A stretch of 64,000 nucleotides of DNA from NCBI GenBank assembly GCA_012295275.1, contig CM022665.1, forward strand, positions 5,146,001 through 5,210,000, in the 5' to 3' direction. This DNA comes from Chrysomallon squamiferum. Lineage: Eukaryota > Animalia > Mollusca. The translations under genes and the position numbers were made by a program. Under the pieces are notes generated by a model. The model searched no databases, was not told the origin of the DNA, and saw nothing but the letters and a program-made list of their open reading frames with translations. Each line of letters starts with the position of its first letter. The first letter of the stretch is position 1. Positions 25,900 through 41,053 of the stretch are shown here, one piece after another.

Positions 25900-26787
25900 A
25901 TGTATTTAAAGCCTAACAACTGAAACCGTTTAACAAAATAATTCACATTTTACATTTCAAATCGTGGACAGATTTGGGGTAGTGGTCAATACCCTAACGG
26001 TCATCCACCTACAAAATGATCGCGTGTTAGTAAAGCATGAATCCACAGAACATGGCACAGTTTCTCTCTTTCTTTCTTTCTTTCTTATCCCCCCCTCCTC
26101 TTTGTTTTCAAAGAGAATTCTTATCGAAACGCAAATGTCTCATCATTTGTTACGCTTGGCTGGCTTTTAACAGATTCACGCACGCTTGAAAGCATTATTT
26201 CATCTTAAAAACTTTTACTTCCCGAACGAATTAGAGCACAAAAGAAGCAAGCGTTTGTACGGGGGCTAAATAAGAGAATCCCTGCAGTGAAATAAATCAA
26301 AGAAAACCCGTTGGATGTTTTTGTGAAAAAGTGTGTCTCTCGGGATCTCAGATGAAGCAAGTTTCATGTTTTTTTGTGTGTGTGGGTTTTTTTTTGTTTG
26401 CTAAATCGCACAGACATTCCACGCATATATTCGTATTGATGTGTACTCGTGTTATGAAGAAATAAACACAGATTTACCCACTTACAGAGTTCATTAGCTG
26501 GAACCACAGAACTGCATCATGCAGTATTAAAACAGCTTATTTTGAATAATAATAATAATAATAATAATAAAAAGAAATGTCACATTTTAATATTAACGGT
26601 TATCACGTGTATTTCTGGTGCTTATGTTCGAAATAGAAAAGCAATTTCTTAGACTACTGTAAGTAACATAATAAGGATTAACAACAGAATATAAGTCAGA
26701 TACGCCTCATTTAGGAATGATATATCAGTTGTTTCAGTATTGGTTGGAATGGGAAACAAACCAGGCGTGAGCATTTGAATGATTGCC

Positions 26788-26829
<42 letters not shown>

Positions 26830-27086
26830 TTATGTAATAACATTAGATGAACTGAAAAGCATGAATAGTTACATTTAACACACACACATTAAATTACTAG
26901 TACGTTTATATATAAAGATTGTGTTTTTTAATATATTCAAATTTACTCATTTATCTATAACGATATGCCATCGAGTTTAAAATTAAAATTGTCGATTATT
27001 TCAAAAGATAAATTAATTATAATCATGTGAAAAAAAAAAAAAAGAAAAGAAAGAAAACCCGCTAGAAACCGTGACCCAGTCATTTG

Positions 27087-27119
<33 letters not shown>

Positions 27120-27373
27120 AAACAACAAAAACCCCCACAAAAATTTGAAAAAAAGAGGAAATTAAAACGGTATAATGTTCGAACGTATTTTCAACCATGC
27201 TCTAATTTCGTTGAGCGGTCGCTGTTCACTTATGCCGCTTGTGACAAACACAAAAGAGGCGATTTGAATATCTGAGGTCGATGAACACCGGTGTCAGGTT
27301 TGCTGTTAAGCATATACATTGCATGAACCATTAAAACATTCTAACAAAGAATAATAACCTGCTTAATCGTGCA

Positions 27374-27410
<37 letters not shown>

Positions 27411-27853
27411 ATATTTTTTATCTTAAATAGTAGGCAAGTAACATGACCTGTATATGTTTTACACCAAGGATGAAGGTCAAGTTAACTTTCAGTCTTCAGT
27501 AACATATCCTTTGTTTCAACGGGTGTTTTTTTTTTTTTTTTTTTTTTTGGGGGGAGAGGGGTTATTATTATTATTGTTGTTGTTGTTGTTGTTGTAGTTG
27601 TTATTGTTACTACAGCTATTTCAGATTTGCTTTAGTATTTTTGCTGTTGTGGTTATTGTTGTCATCATTATTGATGTTATTTGTTTGTTTATTTATTTAT
27701 TTTGTTTATTTCAGTTTTATTATAAATGCTGCTGTTTTGGTGTAGTAGTTGTTGACATCGTGACCGCCATCGTTTCAAAAGCTGAATTTAATAAACAACT
27801 GTATCTATCAAAGTTTTTCAGACATCTTATTAAATCTCTCCGATCGTTTATGC

Positions 27854-27884
<31 letters not shown>

Positions 27885-28297
27885 ACACACACACACACAC
27901 ACACATTCTATTTTTTATAGGGTGGTATGGAGAAAAAAACCCTCAACAACAACAAATTCCTGGGACAGAGTAAAAAACGCTATTTTCTTCATAGGTGATG
28001 CAACAATAGTAGTTTTTTTTTCTCGGACCAGGTCCTTTAAGACTCGTGAAACTAAAACTGCTTAATGACGCGGTCACGATGACACGTGAGATACTAGTTT
28101 AGTACAGGTCAGTACACGAGGTCCCAGTATCTGTGACAGTGACATTACTTTTTGCGCGAACTCCTTTAATTGACGACACAATTACATTTTTTTTTTTTTT
28201 TTATCTCAGGGATTATTTGAGTTATCGATTTGTACAAGAAGATCAAAACGCATCGTTTGGTTTCAAATACCGATACTGGCTTATGATAGAAGTACAA

Positions 28298-28346
<49 letters not shown>

Positions 28347-28509
28347 TTTTAAATATTATTTTTAATGCACCTAATGGTACGTAAAATATTGTTCATCGAA
28401 AAATAACAAAGTAAAAAATAATAAAAAAAAATAATGCCTAGTAGCTCAGTAGAAATTAGTACACGATAGAAAAAAAAAACAAAATAAAAATAAATAATGA
28501 ACAAAATCA

Positions 28510-28960
28510 AAAGATTCCGACGTCTGGTACATTTTCGGTAAGAAAGCATTTCAGATATGGGATCTTCGACCTGAATACACTGAGCAGGATAGAATAAACA
28601 GAATATCATAGTATAAATTGAGCAACAGGATAGTACACATTGAGCAACATGGTATACATTGAGCAATCAGGTTGTGTCCTTATAAGCAAATTCCGACGTG
28701 TACACAGAGAACATAGCAGATATGGGAGCAATGAAGTATTCACCGAGAAACGTAATAAATTGAGCAACAGGACGCAATGCAATACCAGAAACACAGTATG
28801 CATTGAGTAGCAAGAGCATACATCGAGCAATACAATGTATATGGAGCAACAAATTGACACTCGGCCAAGCAATACAATGTATATGGAGCAACAAATTGAC
28901 ACTCGGCCAAAACGTAAAGACACACCTTATATAATGAACAGTACAGCATACACTGAGCAC
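28510..28960. repeat. Degenerate ~21/42-bp minisatellite
   Basis: Exact 42-bp doublet GCAATACAATGTATATGGAGCAACAAATTGACACTCGGCCAA (28827-28910) plus recurring TGAGCAAC cores. Confidence 0.75.
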
Positions 28961-29155
28961 GTCTGCGTACATACATACATAAAACATACAAACATGCATG
29001 CATGCATGTATACTCACTTACATACAGAAAAATGTTCACGTGCATTCAAAAATTACATCAGAACTATAGAAGCTGTGGAAATAGCTACTACAAACGAAAG
29101 AGAGAGAAGAAATGAAAGAAAGATTCAAAACATAATAATAATAATAATAATAATC

Positions 29156-29190
<35 letters not shown>

Positions 29191-29391
29191 TAATAAAAAA
29201 GGACAGAAAAAAAAAAAAAAGGTAAAAGAATAAAGTCAACCGCTTTTCCCAGCGCGTCTTTGAACGTTTGACACACAAATTACCTCTCTGACCGTTTCGC
29301 TCCTGTTCCAGTTAAAAACAGTTCACCCCTCTTACCCCGCTAAAGTACATCAAGGTAATAGTTTAAAAAAAAAAAAACACAACCCCCCCCT

Positions 29392-29427
<36 letters not shown>

Positions 29428-30491
29428 TCCTATCAACGTGCTGAAAAGAGACAGAAAAAAATTAGGTTAGTAGTTCTCCAACTGCATTGTTACACAACAC
29501 AACCTGATACATCGATAGCAAACACCGAATTGAAGCTACACGCTAATAGTATCGGCAAACAGAACGGCCACATTATGCAAAATCTTTTAAATACGTGATT
29601 ACGAATGTAAACAGTAACATGCAAATAAAGGCCTAGGATTAGTTTTAGTATGCATTTTCATACTTGTTGGGGGGGGGGGAGCGGAAACAAGAGGGTGCGC
29701 CCTATTTATTTGCCGACCCCTTTAGTTTTTATATTTTGTTTTTCTTTTTTTAACTTTCTAATGAAATTATTATTATTATTATTATTATTTTTTTTTTTAA
29801 AACAAACAGTTAGAACCACGACAGTTAGAGTAGAATTCCCCCGTTTTCTGGAATCGTCCTTGGTGATTTCATTAAATGTTTATGTAATTATTTGGAATAC
29901 GGTGACAAGCTGGCCGCCATGCTCAGTTATTTTTTTTTTTTTTTTTTTTTTTGCTGATCTAACGTGTTTGGTTTTGTTTCTTAAATGTCTAATAAACATT
30001 TATTTCACACTGAAATTACACCCACCACCGGACTGACGGACTACACACCCTTCCTCAGCAAGGAGAGGATACGCCCTCGCGAATGCAACCACGACGGCGT
30101 GCCATCACGAAAAACGAAGTGCATGAGTTAAATGGAAAAAATATTCAAGCAGGCTGCATCGGCAGAATCGCGAAGAGATTTTCGTTTTGCATAATCTGCA
30201 CATTTATATACAAAAAAGCGTTTCGTTTGTAAACGATACGACAGGGGTCTGTGAATTAATGTACTATTGCTATGTGTGCGGACGGCACAGATCCATACTT
30301 ACGTCAGTTGTAAAACTGACATTAGAAACATATAAAGATAGTCCCAGATAACGGAATTGAAAACAGCTTTTGATCTTGATAGATATGAAAATATATTCGC
30401 CCAGGAAAATGAAATGAACTTCGTAATGCGTAAACGTACCTGTGTTTGAACTTAGCGAGATGAGATTAAAAAAAAAAAGAAAGGTGTAAGG

Positions 30492-30535
<44 letters not shown>

Positions 30536-30787
30536 CACAAACATATAACAAACACACATATATATTATATACGTACACAAACACAAACACAAACACACAC
30601 ACACAATTATATTATATACACACATATAACAAACACAAATACACACATTATACATACATACACATATATGTAAAATACTGTATTTAATTTTAAAAAAGTA
30701 ATAAAGAACAGATTTTAAATATATAAATCATTCTAATATTTTCATATTTAATAATAATAATAATAATAATAATAATTATTATTATAA

Positions 30788-30818
<31 letters not shown>

Positions 30819-31632
30819 TTTGCTTTTTAAGTATAATTTTTTTTTTTGTGTGTGTGTGTGTGTGTGAAGATATAGCTGAAAAGTGCAGAAACCGACAAAT
30901 AAAAATAAACAAATAAATATTCCTAGCCAAAAAACAACAAAAAAAAAAAACATCTTTCAGTAATAATAATAATAATAATAATACAGAAAGAGTTAAATCG
31001 CCCAATAAAAGAAGAACACAAAATTCTAAAAGAATAAATCTTCCAATATCTTTTTTGACATTTTTAAAACTTGATTTATTATTATTATATATATATATAT
31101 ATATTATTTTTTTTTTGATTTTTTTTTTGTGAGGTGGTAAGCGGGGAATGCACTTTCTCCTTTAATACCAGAAACAGTCAACTTTTCACCTCGGTTCACG
31201 TTGAAAACGAGGTTATGTTGCTGCGGTCGTACGTGCCAGAAGTCGTGTGAGCAAAATTTCGCTTTACAGAAGTCGCATTTTTGTTCACAAATGCACCGCG
31301 CTAACCCTAAATTATTATCCGTGCATATAATATTATTAGCTTCTTGCAAGGACGGAAGCTAATTTATCTTCATGGAAACGTGAGTTCTGAAGTGATGTGA
31401 ATAATAGTGGTAGAACAGTTTCTCAGAAGATAGGTTGTCATTCGCTCCCTTTGTCAAACAAAACAAGATCAGTTATTACTCTACAGACACAAAAATGTTG
31501 TAAGTGGTTAATACTGCATGGAGTTCACCTAGCATGTATTTATTTACGAAATACAAACGATGAAAATAATTATAAGATGTATTTCTTTACTTTCGTTAAC
31601 TCATATCATTATAGTTTTTCATTCAGTAGTTA

Positions 31633-31693
<61 letters not shown>

Positions 31694-31695
31694 AG

Positions 31696-31729
<34 letters not shown>

Positions 31730-32494
31730 ACGCACACAAATATTGATTGTATGTGTATTTACTCGAAAATCCAGGTTACTCTAAAAATAGGGTGTTTTTA
31801 TTTTTTTTATTATATTCTTTTTGGAATTTGTAGTTTATATAAATGAAAGACAGAAGTTCAATATTAATTTAGGTTAGTTTTGTTTTGTTTTAAATGAAGA
31901 AATTAATATAAATGACAATCTAAATTCATTAAGTTTCATTAACTATTTTATTTTATTAACATATTTGTTTTCTTTTAAATGATAAAAGTATGGGGATAAT
32001 AAATAAAACCGTTATATTACTTCATTTAACTAAAATATAACAATTACATTTGTTTCTAAAAATTAAGAATGTTTGAGAAAAATTATTAAGTAAAATAAAA
32101 ATAAAACATTTATCTTCTAGAACTGATATTGATAATTATGACTTCTCTTTCCACGAATCTTCACATCTAAATTGAATATATTATAATAGTTCAAATCACA
32201 CCGGCATTATGTTTTATCGTATAAGAGATAAGATAATTCGAGTGTATTCTCGACTCTGAAGTACTTCGTAGATATTTCTTTTTCTTGTATTTGAAGTTTG
32301 CTCTCAACGCCTAAGATGAAAGTACTTCATCCATTGTGTTGTTATGCAAAGTTTCTTTTGTTTTTCTTTTAATACGTTTTTCTTGAAAATCAGTAATAAA
32401 AATAAAATAATAATAATAATAACTAGATGGAAAAGTGTTTATTTTAGAATAGTTAACAGTAGAATCTAATGCTGTCGTCGTCGTTGTCATCATC

Positions 32495-32601
32495 ATCATC
32501 AGAATCTATTTAAGACAAATGATCATCAGAATCTATTTGAGACAAATGATCATCAGAATCTATTTGAGACAAATGATCATCAGAATCTATTTAAGACAAA
32601 T
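32495..32601. repeat. 27-bp tandem repeat x4
   Basis: ATCATCAGAATCTATTT(A/G)AGACAAATG; AGAATC at 32501, 32528, 32555, 32582. Confidence 0.92.
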
Positions 32602-33429
32602 AATTTGAACTCGAGAAAAACGAAAACGGACTAATAATTAAAAAAAAACAAAACACCCCGAAAACAACGACACAGAAATAAAGAAAATCGTCTGAGAATT
32701 TAAAAAAAAAAAAAAAAAAAAAAGGAAATCGAAAAACATTTTCATAATGAGAAAACATTTCAGCAGAGGAAATTTAAAAACTCACCAGGGAAATAGAGAT
32801 TACATTTTGGTTTTCTATCGCCTTTTTCTATCTTTTAAAAAAAAAAAATCTTTGATGTTGTCAGCTGTTGTCATAACCATAACCGTATAACGAATACTTT
32901 GAAATAGCATTTAAAGATGACCACACTATAATCTTTCAATTAATTACAAATAATTAGTTTTATTCCTCTCTCTCTCTCTCTCTCTCTAGAACTGTGCTGA
33001 TCTGGTGAAAGACATTTACAAAAAAAAAAAAAAAAAAAAAATTAAAATATAATATAATATAAATAAATAAATAGAGAGAAAAAAAGAAGACATTATATTG
33101 GTCTCAGAGGAAGTTGGGTTTCTTGGAGCAATATATCTTCCGCATCTGACAATTCACAGATTTCAAAATGTGTGGATAGGGGTTTTCTTTTTTCATCTCT
33201 CAGCTTGAATTAATAATAACTATTTTTAGTAAGAGATGTAAAAATGTCAGTGCAAATCAGAGCAAAACTCGTGTGAAAAATGCCTGACGTTGATATCAGT
33301 CAGTGCACTAATGTTTCGAGAACTTTTAGTCTAAATCCAAGAACAGTTTTTTTAAAACAAATCACAGAGATCGTTATGGCTGCTTCATGATTGCTGTTAC
33401 CGTAATTCTAGAAGCATAAAATTAGCATA

Positions 33430-33908
33430 CGTATTAGTATTAATAGTGGTAACAGTTCTGTTGACAGTGGTAGTAGTTGTAATGGTTGTATTAATAGTGG
33501 TAATAGTGATAGTAGTTTTATTAATAATGGTAATAGTTATAATAGTTGTATTAATAGTGGTAATAGTGGTAGTAGTTTTGTTACTAATGGTAATAGTTAT
33601 AACAGTTGTATTAATAGTGGTAATAGAGATATTAGTTTTATTCATAATGGAAATAATGTATTAGTTGTATCAATGGTGGTGATACTGATAGTAGTTGTAT
33701 TAATAGTGATAACAGTTGTGGTAATAATAATAACTGAAGAAATAGCAGAGGGATAGATAACAGAAATAGCTAAACAGTTCAGACAATAGCGGTAGTTGTA
33801 GCAGTAGTATTTGTAGTGGAGGTAATAGTAATAATGGTGGTGATAGTAGCAGTAGCTGCAGTATTAATAATAGTAGTTGTAATAGTAATAGTATTACTTT
33901 TATTATTA

Positions 33909-33940
<32 letters not shown>

Positions 33941-33970
33941 GTAGTAGTAGTAGTAGTAGTAGCAGTGGTG
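33430..33970. repeat. Degenerate (TAG/TAA/TGG)n low-complexity tract
   Basis: GTAGTTGTATTAATAGTGGTAATA-like units; source of spurious T/I- and V-rich ORFs. Confidence 0.8.
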
Positions 33971-34621
33971 GTGCTGATAGTAGCAGTACTGGTGAAAATG
34001 ATACAAGAATGTATGACAACTGAAGAGTAATAGTACTAGTATAATACGTAAACGTCGCGACACATGATGTTGAAACAAAAGCAGTAATGGCAGTGGGAGA
34101 AGTTCCAGTCATAGTAGTAGTCGTAGTAGTAGTAGCACTTGTAGCGATAATTGCTGGCACAGGCTGTGAATCCTTTATTCTAAATATTTGTAACCGGAAG
34201 CGTCTGAGAGCAGGATCTCAGTCTAAATACCAGTTCCATTTACACGTGATATGCAGCTTACAGAAATAGGCTGCAGGATTTTATTACTTATTATTTTAAT
34301 ATTTTTATGCATAAAATAAAGTTTGTGTCTGCAAAACAGTTCGAAATCGGATGATTTTCGGATTTCGAAGCTTTTCGGAATTTCGGAATTTCGGATTAAG
34401 AATCGACAACATGTACATATAACATTGTTGTTTTATATAGTTGCAGAAGTTGTTATTAGAGGGCAATAATATTGTATTTAAAAAAGAAAACAAAATAAAA
34501 AAAAGAAAAAAAGAAACAGCATATGTATATATATTTTTTTATTTTAAAATGGATCTAAAAAAAACATTTTTCTAATTTACACACACAGACACACAATCAC
34601 ATTCATGGACCCATCTAAGGA

Positions 34622-34672
<51 letters not shown>

Positions 34673-34834
34673 CACGCATACAAACGTACGCACTCAGATT
34701 TCACATATAACACAGATGTTTATATATGATATTTCTGTTTCAACGAAAAAACAACAACAAACATCTGTGTTCTATGTGAAATCTGAGTGTGTTTGTATGT
34801 ATTCGTATGTGTATGTAATAATTTTGATGTATGC

Positions 34835-34892
<58 letters not shown>

Positions 34893-35654
34893 TATCATCA
34901 TCAAGAGTATTTAAATGCATCTGTCTCATTTGTTTAAAGAGATTCTACCAAACCAAACTAATATGGTGGCATCTGCAAGTCACGTATTGTCAATGGCAAC
35001 AGTAGAAATTCTTAATAATTTCTTCATACGGCAATATTGATTTTTCACTCGTAATATCATCAAATCTTTAGTATTTGTTCCCGAAATACATCTTTGCCGT
35101 TGAAGTGTATGCCTTTGTATATATATGTATATATGTATATTATGCCTCTGTATGTATGTATGAATATGTGCGTGTTTGTGTGCATGTTTGTATGTATGTG
35201 CGTATGTGTGCGTCTATCTACGAAAGTATATACGTGTGTGTGTGTTTTTGTATGTAAATATGTAGGTGTCTACGTGTGTGACTATATATCTACAGCGGTT
35301 TAAACAGCATAAACCTACTTGCACCGAAGAGTTCATTTTAATATTTAATTAAAGAGCTGTTATGGTTTTGTTGGTTATTCAGATAGATTATTCCAGCTGT
35401 GCATCGTCACAAAAAAAAAAAAAACCACACAGTATGTCGTATCTGAGATCAATAACAACTACCATAATCGCTTACGTACAAAATGACTTGCATATTTTTT
35501 TTTTTCTTATACGCTAGAGCGATGCTCGTAAGCTGAGAATATAAATAACGTAGATTAACAAAAAGAAATAAATAATAAAAATATAAAGAAAACAAATTAA
35601 AAATATATATATTTTAAATTTTAAAGAAAATTTTTTTTAAATATTTAAATATTT

Positions 35655-35715
35655 TCTGTCTTATGTACATCTGATTAGACTGCACATAGACATTACTCGG
35701 GAACGCAAAGGCACA
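35655..35715 (-). mobile_element. SINE family A fragment
   Basis: TCTGTCTTATGTACATCTGATTAGACTGCACATAGACATTACTCGGGAACGCA matches the other two copies. Confidence 0.65.
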
Positions 35716-35789
35716 CCATAACAAACAGTTTGTACAATATATATACGTTTATATACTTATACATACACATCAGTATATATATACACGCA

Positions 35790-35840
<51 letters not shown>

Positions 35841-36151
35841 GGGTATGCAAAAATAGGTATACAGTTATGAAAAAGGAAAACACTTACAGTACTCATTGCA
35901 TTTATTATTCAAACAAAAAAAAGCCAATATAAAAATACATGCATTTTTATTAATTTAGATAAAATATGGTTAATGACACTCAAAATAAGAAAAATGAGTC
36001 CAACTAATTTAATGTGCTACTAAATTCACTGATGTGATACTACTGTATACCTACTTTTGCACACACCCCGTATATATACACACACACGTACACGTTTATA
36101 CATATACATAAACACACGCATATACATACAGGCTGAAAAACATTCAGATAT

Positions 36152-36403
36152 ACACAAGACTGTATGGCTTTACAATGTTTAATTGAATGTATGTAGTTTT
36201 AGGATGTGAACATTCTCTGTCTTTATGTACGTCTGAATAGACTCTGCACATAGACAATATTCGGAAACACACTGGCACAGGACAAAGTCCACTCATGAAC
36301 TCACAAACGCGTCAGATGCCGCTGACGAGACTCGAACCTATAGCATCCATTCGCCCGCATTCTGAAACTGGAACACAATACCCACTCGGCCATCAAAGCA
36401 GCC
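36152..36403 (-). mobile_element. tRNA-derived SINE, near full length (family A)
   Basis: Head GGCTGCTTTGATGGCCGAGTGG (A box) ... GGTTCGAGTC (B box, 36338-36329); body shared with 16678-16873 and 35655-35715. Confidence 0.75.
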
Positions 36404-36450
36404 TTAATTGTTTTTGGTTTTAAAATGTATGTATGTATGTATATATGTAC

Positions 36451-36481
<31 letters not shown>

Positions 36482-38834
36482 TATATGTATGTATATATGT
36501 ATATATGTATGTATGTATGTATGTATTTGTGTGTATGTATGTAGCTAATCCACAACCACACACATGGGAATAAAACAAACACACATTACACACACGTTCG
36601 CTTTTGCAACTTTCATATACATGTGAACATAACAGCATAAACAAGAACATAAAATAATAAATAAATAAATAAATAAATAAATAAAAAATGGCACTCACGA
36701 TATATGTCAGTCAGCTTTTATTCCGTTAATGCGTAGTAAATTACATTAGCACCTGATACGTCTCGAGGTAAAACGATTTTCATGTAACGGCGTAGTTTGC
36801 TGTTATTGTTCTTACTATTGTTTTTTTGTTTTTTTATATATTTATTTATTTATCTCGGGGAAAAAAAAGAGGAATAATTAGCTTCTTTGCATATTATTTG
36901 TTTCTATTTTTATTTTTATTTTTTTCCATTACACAGATTAACTAATTATATTCCGCGTGTAAAGCACGTGGGCATTTTTTAAGCCCAGAATGCTTACGGC
37001 GTAGGAATTCGGGATTTATTTCGTCAGAATGACGTCAGTCAGGGGAAACATTCTCCGTTCCCTCCAACAGGAGCACACTTGCAAGAAAAATAGATGAAAT
37101 GTTCCTGTTTCCTAACCACAGATCATATCTCGTTACCGACGACGATCGAGCAAATGCAGAAACTCGAAACTGTGTCTGGTTAAACTAAATAGTTACATAT
37201 GGCTTATTCGAACTGCACGCTGGGAAATTAATTGGCCTAAGTCAGGCGCCTAACACACGTTGACGTGGAAATGCGTTTTATGCGCAACTAAAAAAAAAAA
37301 AAAAGATGGTTATTAAGTTATTATCATTATTAACTGTTAGGTGGGAAATTGATTATTAGATATAATTCATATGGTCATGAATGCTTACATGGATAATTCG
37401 CCACATATTTTTCAGGCTAATTATAAAATTAAACAAATAAATAAACAAATAAAAAATAAATATATTAAGCTATTTATGAAAAAAAAAAAAAAAAAAAAAA
37501 ACGAGAAAACGTTAAAACAGAAACTATTTCTATTTCGGCTACTTGTAAATTTTAAATATTTATTTATTATTCTTATGTAACTAAAAAAACAAAACAAAAA
37601 ACAACAACAACAACTAGACCCCCCCCCTCAAAAAAAAAACGTTGTTTCTGTTTCTGTTAATTAAACATTAAATTAACCCTCTGAACAGTTTTCACAGTAG
37701 CTTTCCTTTAAGTAGTGAGCACATCGAAAACTGCTTGCTGCTAACTGATAAAATGGCACTATCGAGTTTCATCTAATTACATGACAGTGAATGTGTGACT
37801 GTTATCTAACCGTTTTTTAAAAAGATGTATCCATTAAAATACCAATCAGCGTGTTAAAGCACCGCATTTATCTGTTTAATGTTAGGTCATATTCTCTCTG
37901 CTGTAATGTGAATCACAACATTTTGAAACCCATATATCTGTACATCTCCGTATTTATATTTATTTACATACACACACACGCACAGATGCAAGAACGCGCG
38001 CGCACACCACTTTTTTCAGTTTGTGTGTGTGTGTGTGTTTTGTCTGTGTCTGTGTGTGTATGTGTTTAAATTTCAGGACACGCTATTTTGGAAAATATGT
38101 CGTCAAAACGATGTAAGTTTCAATCTTTTCCGAAATGCTGAATCTACTGATGTGCTGTTTTAAATTTAATAACAAGGCATTTTATTATATATTACTTCCG
38201 CAAGACATTACTTTCTTCCACAAAATGGTAATAATATACAACGGATTTGAAACATTTATGCTCTCAACCGTTTTAATTCTTTCTTTTACCGTCTTTCTCT
38301 ATATATCTTTTTTTTTTTTTTTTTTTTTTTATTGATATTATTTTTTTAAACTAAATTTTCATAAAATACCGATTGCGTTAGTAAACTATATTAGTACATT
38401 AGCCTAGGTTAGTAAAAGGCAGGTAAATACCACCTAGTAACCCATAGTTGTCACAACATTACATCGTTTCAAATAACTGGGGTTTTGCCGAGATGAAATC
38501 ATGTCTGTGAAAGAACAGAAGGCTTAGCTCTTGCTTTGATCGTAAAATTGTGTTCTTGCGCTAGAAAACATTTGCAAGAATTAACAAATTAAATCATGTC
38601 CATACATAAATATTTTGGGGGGGGGCATTTATTATTTTTTAGTTTTTTTTGGCTAATGTGTGTGTGTGTGTGTATTTATATTTCTGCTCGCCTGTTTTGT
38701 CTACACACGTCTGAAAAGTAAAATACCAATTATGTAAACATAACAGATTGGCGCCATTTACGTTTAGGACATTTGTTTGGAATGAATATATTGCAATTGT
38801 GTGTATATCCATGACAGCGCGATATATGCACTCA

Positions 38835-38873
<39 letters not shown>

Positions 38874-38877
38874 ACAC

Positions 38878-38910
<33 letters not shown>

Positions 38911-38921
38911 CAGAGAGAGAC

Positions 38922-38974
<53 letters not shown>

Positions 38975-39750
38975 CAGCCAGACCTTTCTTTCTCTTTCAC
39001 GCTGTCATTGTGTAAAACACGAACACACTCTGTAGCGCTCTCACCCATACACTCTTCTCTACCTCTGTTTATTTTTCCAAAAAGAATTTAAAAAAAGGAC
39101 TTACTTGACTATACGTTCGTCTTTCTGGCAGTTAGTAATGACGTAAATGAAGTTATAAGTTGCCGAAACCTTATATCACTTATTCTCTGTCGATATTTTT
39201 TTTATCTTTAGTTTTTATTCTTTCTTCTGTAGCAAGGAAAACATCCACACAGTACTGGTTGCCAGGTGGCAAAACGTTTTTCCAGATTTTTTCTTTTTCT
39301 TTTTTTATATTTTCTCTTCTAACACTAGCTAGACATCAAGATATTCTTCTCTGGGTTACGTCAGTACTTCAAAAGCACATACGTTTACTTAACGGGTATC
39401 TCTAAACATAACCTAGATATATATTTATATATATATATATATACACACACACATCACCATGTGACGATTCCAGCTTTATCTCATACTGCTTGGTCACTGA
39501 CCGCTTTATTATATATATAAGGTTTTTCAATAGTGGGAACGTAAACAAAATATCGATTCAACACTCGTAGAAACTGCGATGCAGATACGTAACGAAAGGG
39601 CGGGGAAGTTGAATTTATTACATACGGTAAAATATTCGAAATAAGTTTTTCCTTGAAATAAGCTGAAAGGAGTTTAAAAGAGCACTGGGTCACCAGGGGC
39701 GGATCCAAGAAACACAGAGACAAACAGAGCGAGACAGAAATATATATATT

Positions 39751-39814
<64 letters not shown>

Positions 39815-40368
39815 TATATATATATATATATATATATAAACAGACGGTAATCAAATATGGGGTGTTCTCTAACACAAAAACTTGAATCTCTTCAAAGAAT
39901 CTATTGTACTGACGCTACAATGATAAGAAGTGTAAACAACGGAAAATTAGACCGAAGCAGAATTAATGTTGAACAGACTGTGTTCGCAATTTCAAGTTTT
40001 TAGTCAAATAAATTACGTCTGTCGGCAAATATTTCAATGTTCATCCAAAGAACGAAAATAATTTTGTACATTAGTTTAATAGCACTGAAAAGGTTATATG
40101 CACTTCTGTGACTTTTTATTTTTTATTTTTTGTTTTCTGCTGATAAGAGCAATGTGCTATCTCTTTACTGTGAACTTTGCTGACAGTACGCATGCACTGA
40201 AATTTACGTAATATGCATTAAGAACAATCTGTAAGGAGATTATTTAGTTTCTTTATCTGTGGTGTGCCACCAAGTCATCTGTAATGAAATAACACAAATA
40301 TTAACAGTAATACTGATAATGAAACTTCCATTCCCACGTATACTGCTATCACAAGTACCACTACCATT

Positions 40369-40411
40369 CCTGCTACTGCTACTGCTACTACTACTACTAC
40401 TACTACTGCTG

Positions 40412-40446
<35 letters not shown>

Positions 40447-40450
40447 GCTG

Positions 40451-40546
<96 letters not shown>
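40369..40546. repeat. (CTA/CTG)n trinucleotide repeat
   Basis: Source of the poly-Ser and poly-Leu ORFs. Confidence 0.95.
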
Positions 40547-40982
40547 ATTACAATAATAATGACAATATGACGAACAAGAAGAAGAAGCACATTTGTAACC
40601 AGTTCGTGTATATCACACTTATAGGACGGGTTGAAACAAATGTATGTATATATGTTTACATACTGGGATGGGTTTTTATGGGTTCGTAGACGTATGTGTA
40701 GATTTAAGCATACACTAAAAAAAAAAAAAAAAAAAAAAAAAATGAATATATAAAAAAAAATGCAGTACAATACAGTAAAGTAAAGGGAAAAAAATAATAA
40801 AGAAAAAAAAAAAGAAAAGAAAAAAGAGAAGCAAACAATGCCAAAATACATATCGTTTCATTTCAGTAATCTTCAGCTTAATAACAATATCTGATTAACC
40901 ACAAGCTGATTTAAACTAGGTGTATCACAGCAGTTAGAAATGTGATTAAACGTAAAATATTTCATAGTTATGTGTTTTCTAG

Positions 40983-41053
<71 letters not shown>

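Noticed and set aside
33397-34160. Mucin-like Thr/Ile-rich ORFs
   Set aside because: Degenerate trinucleotide low complexity with stops nearby and no exon signals.
36316-36403. Functional tRNA gene
   Set aside because: No convincing cloverleaf or oligo-T terminator; it continues into a body repeated elsewhere, so it is a SINE head.
16678-36403. Functional link between Pol III-transcribed SINEs and neighbouring POLR3B
   Set aside because: SINEs are genome-wide; proximity is uninformative.
40240-40851. 203-aa poly-Ser ORF
   Set aside because: Produced by a (CTA/CTG)n repeat and poly-T tracts.
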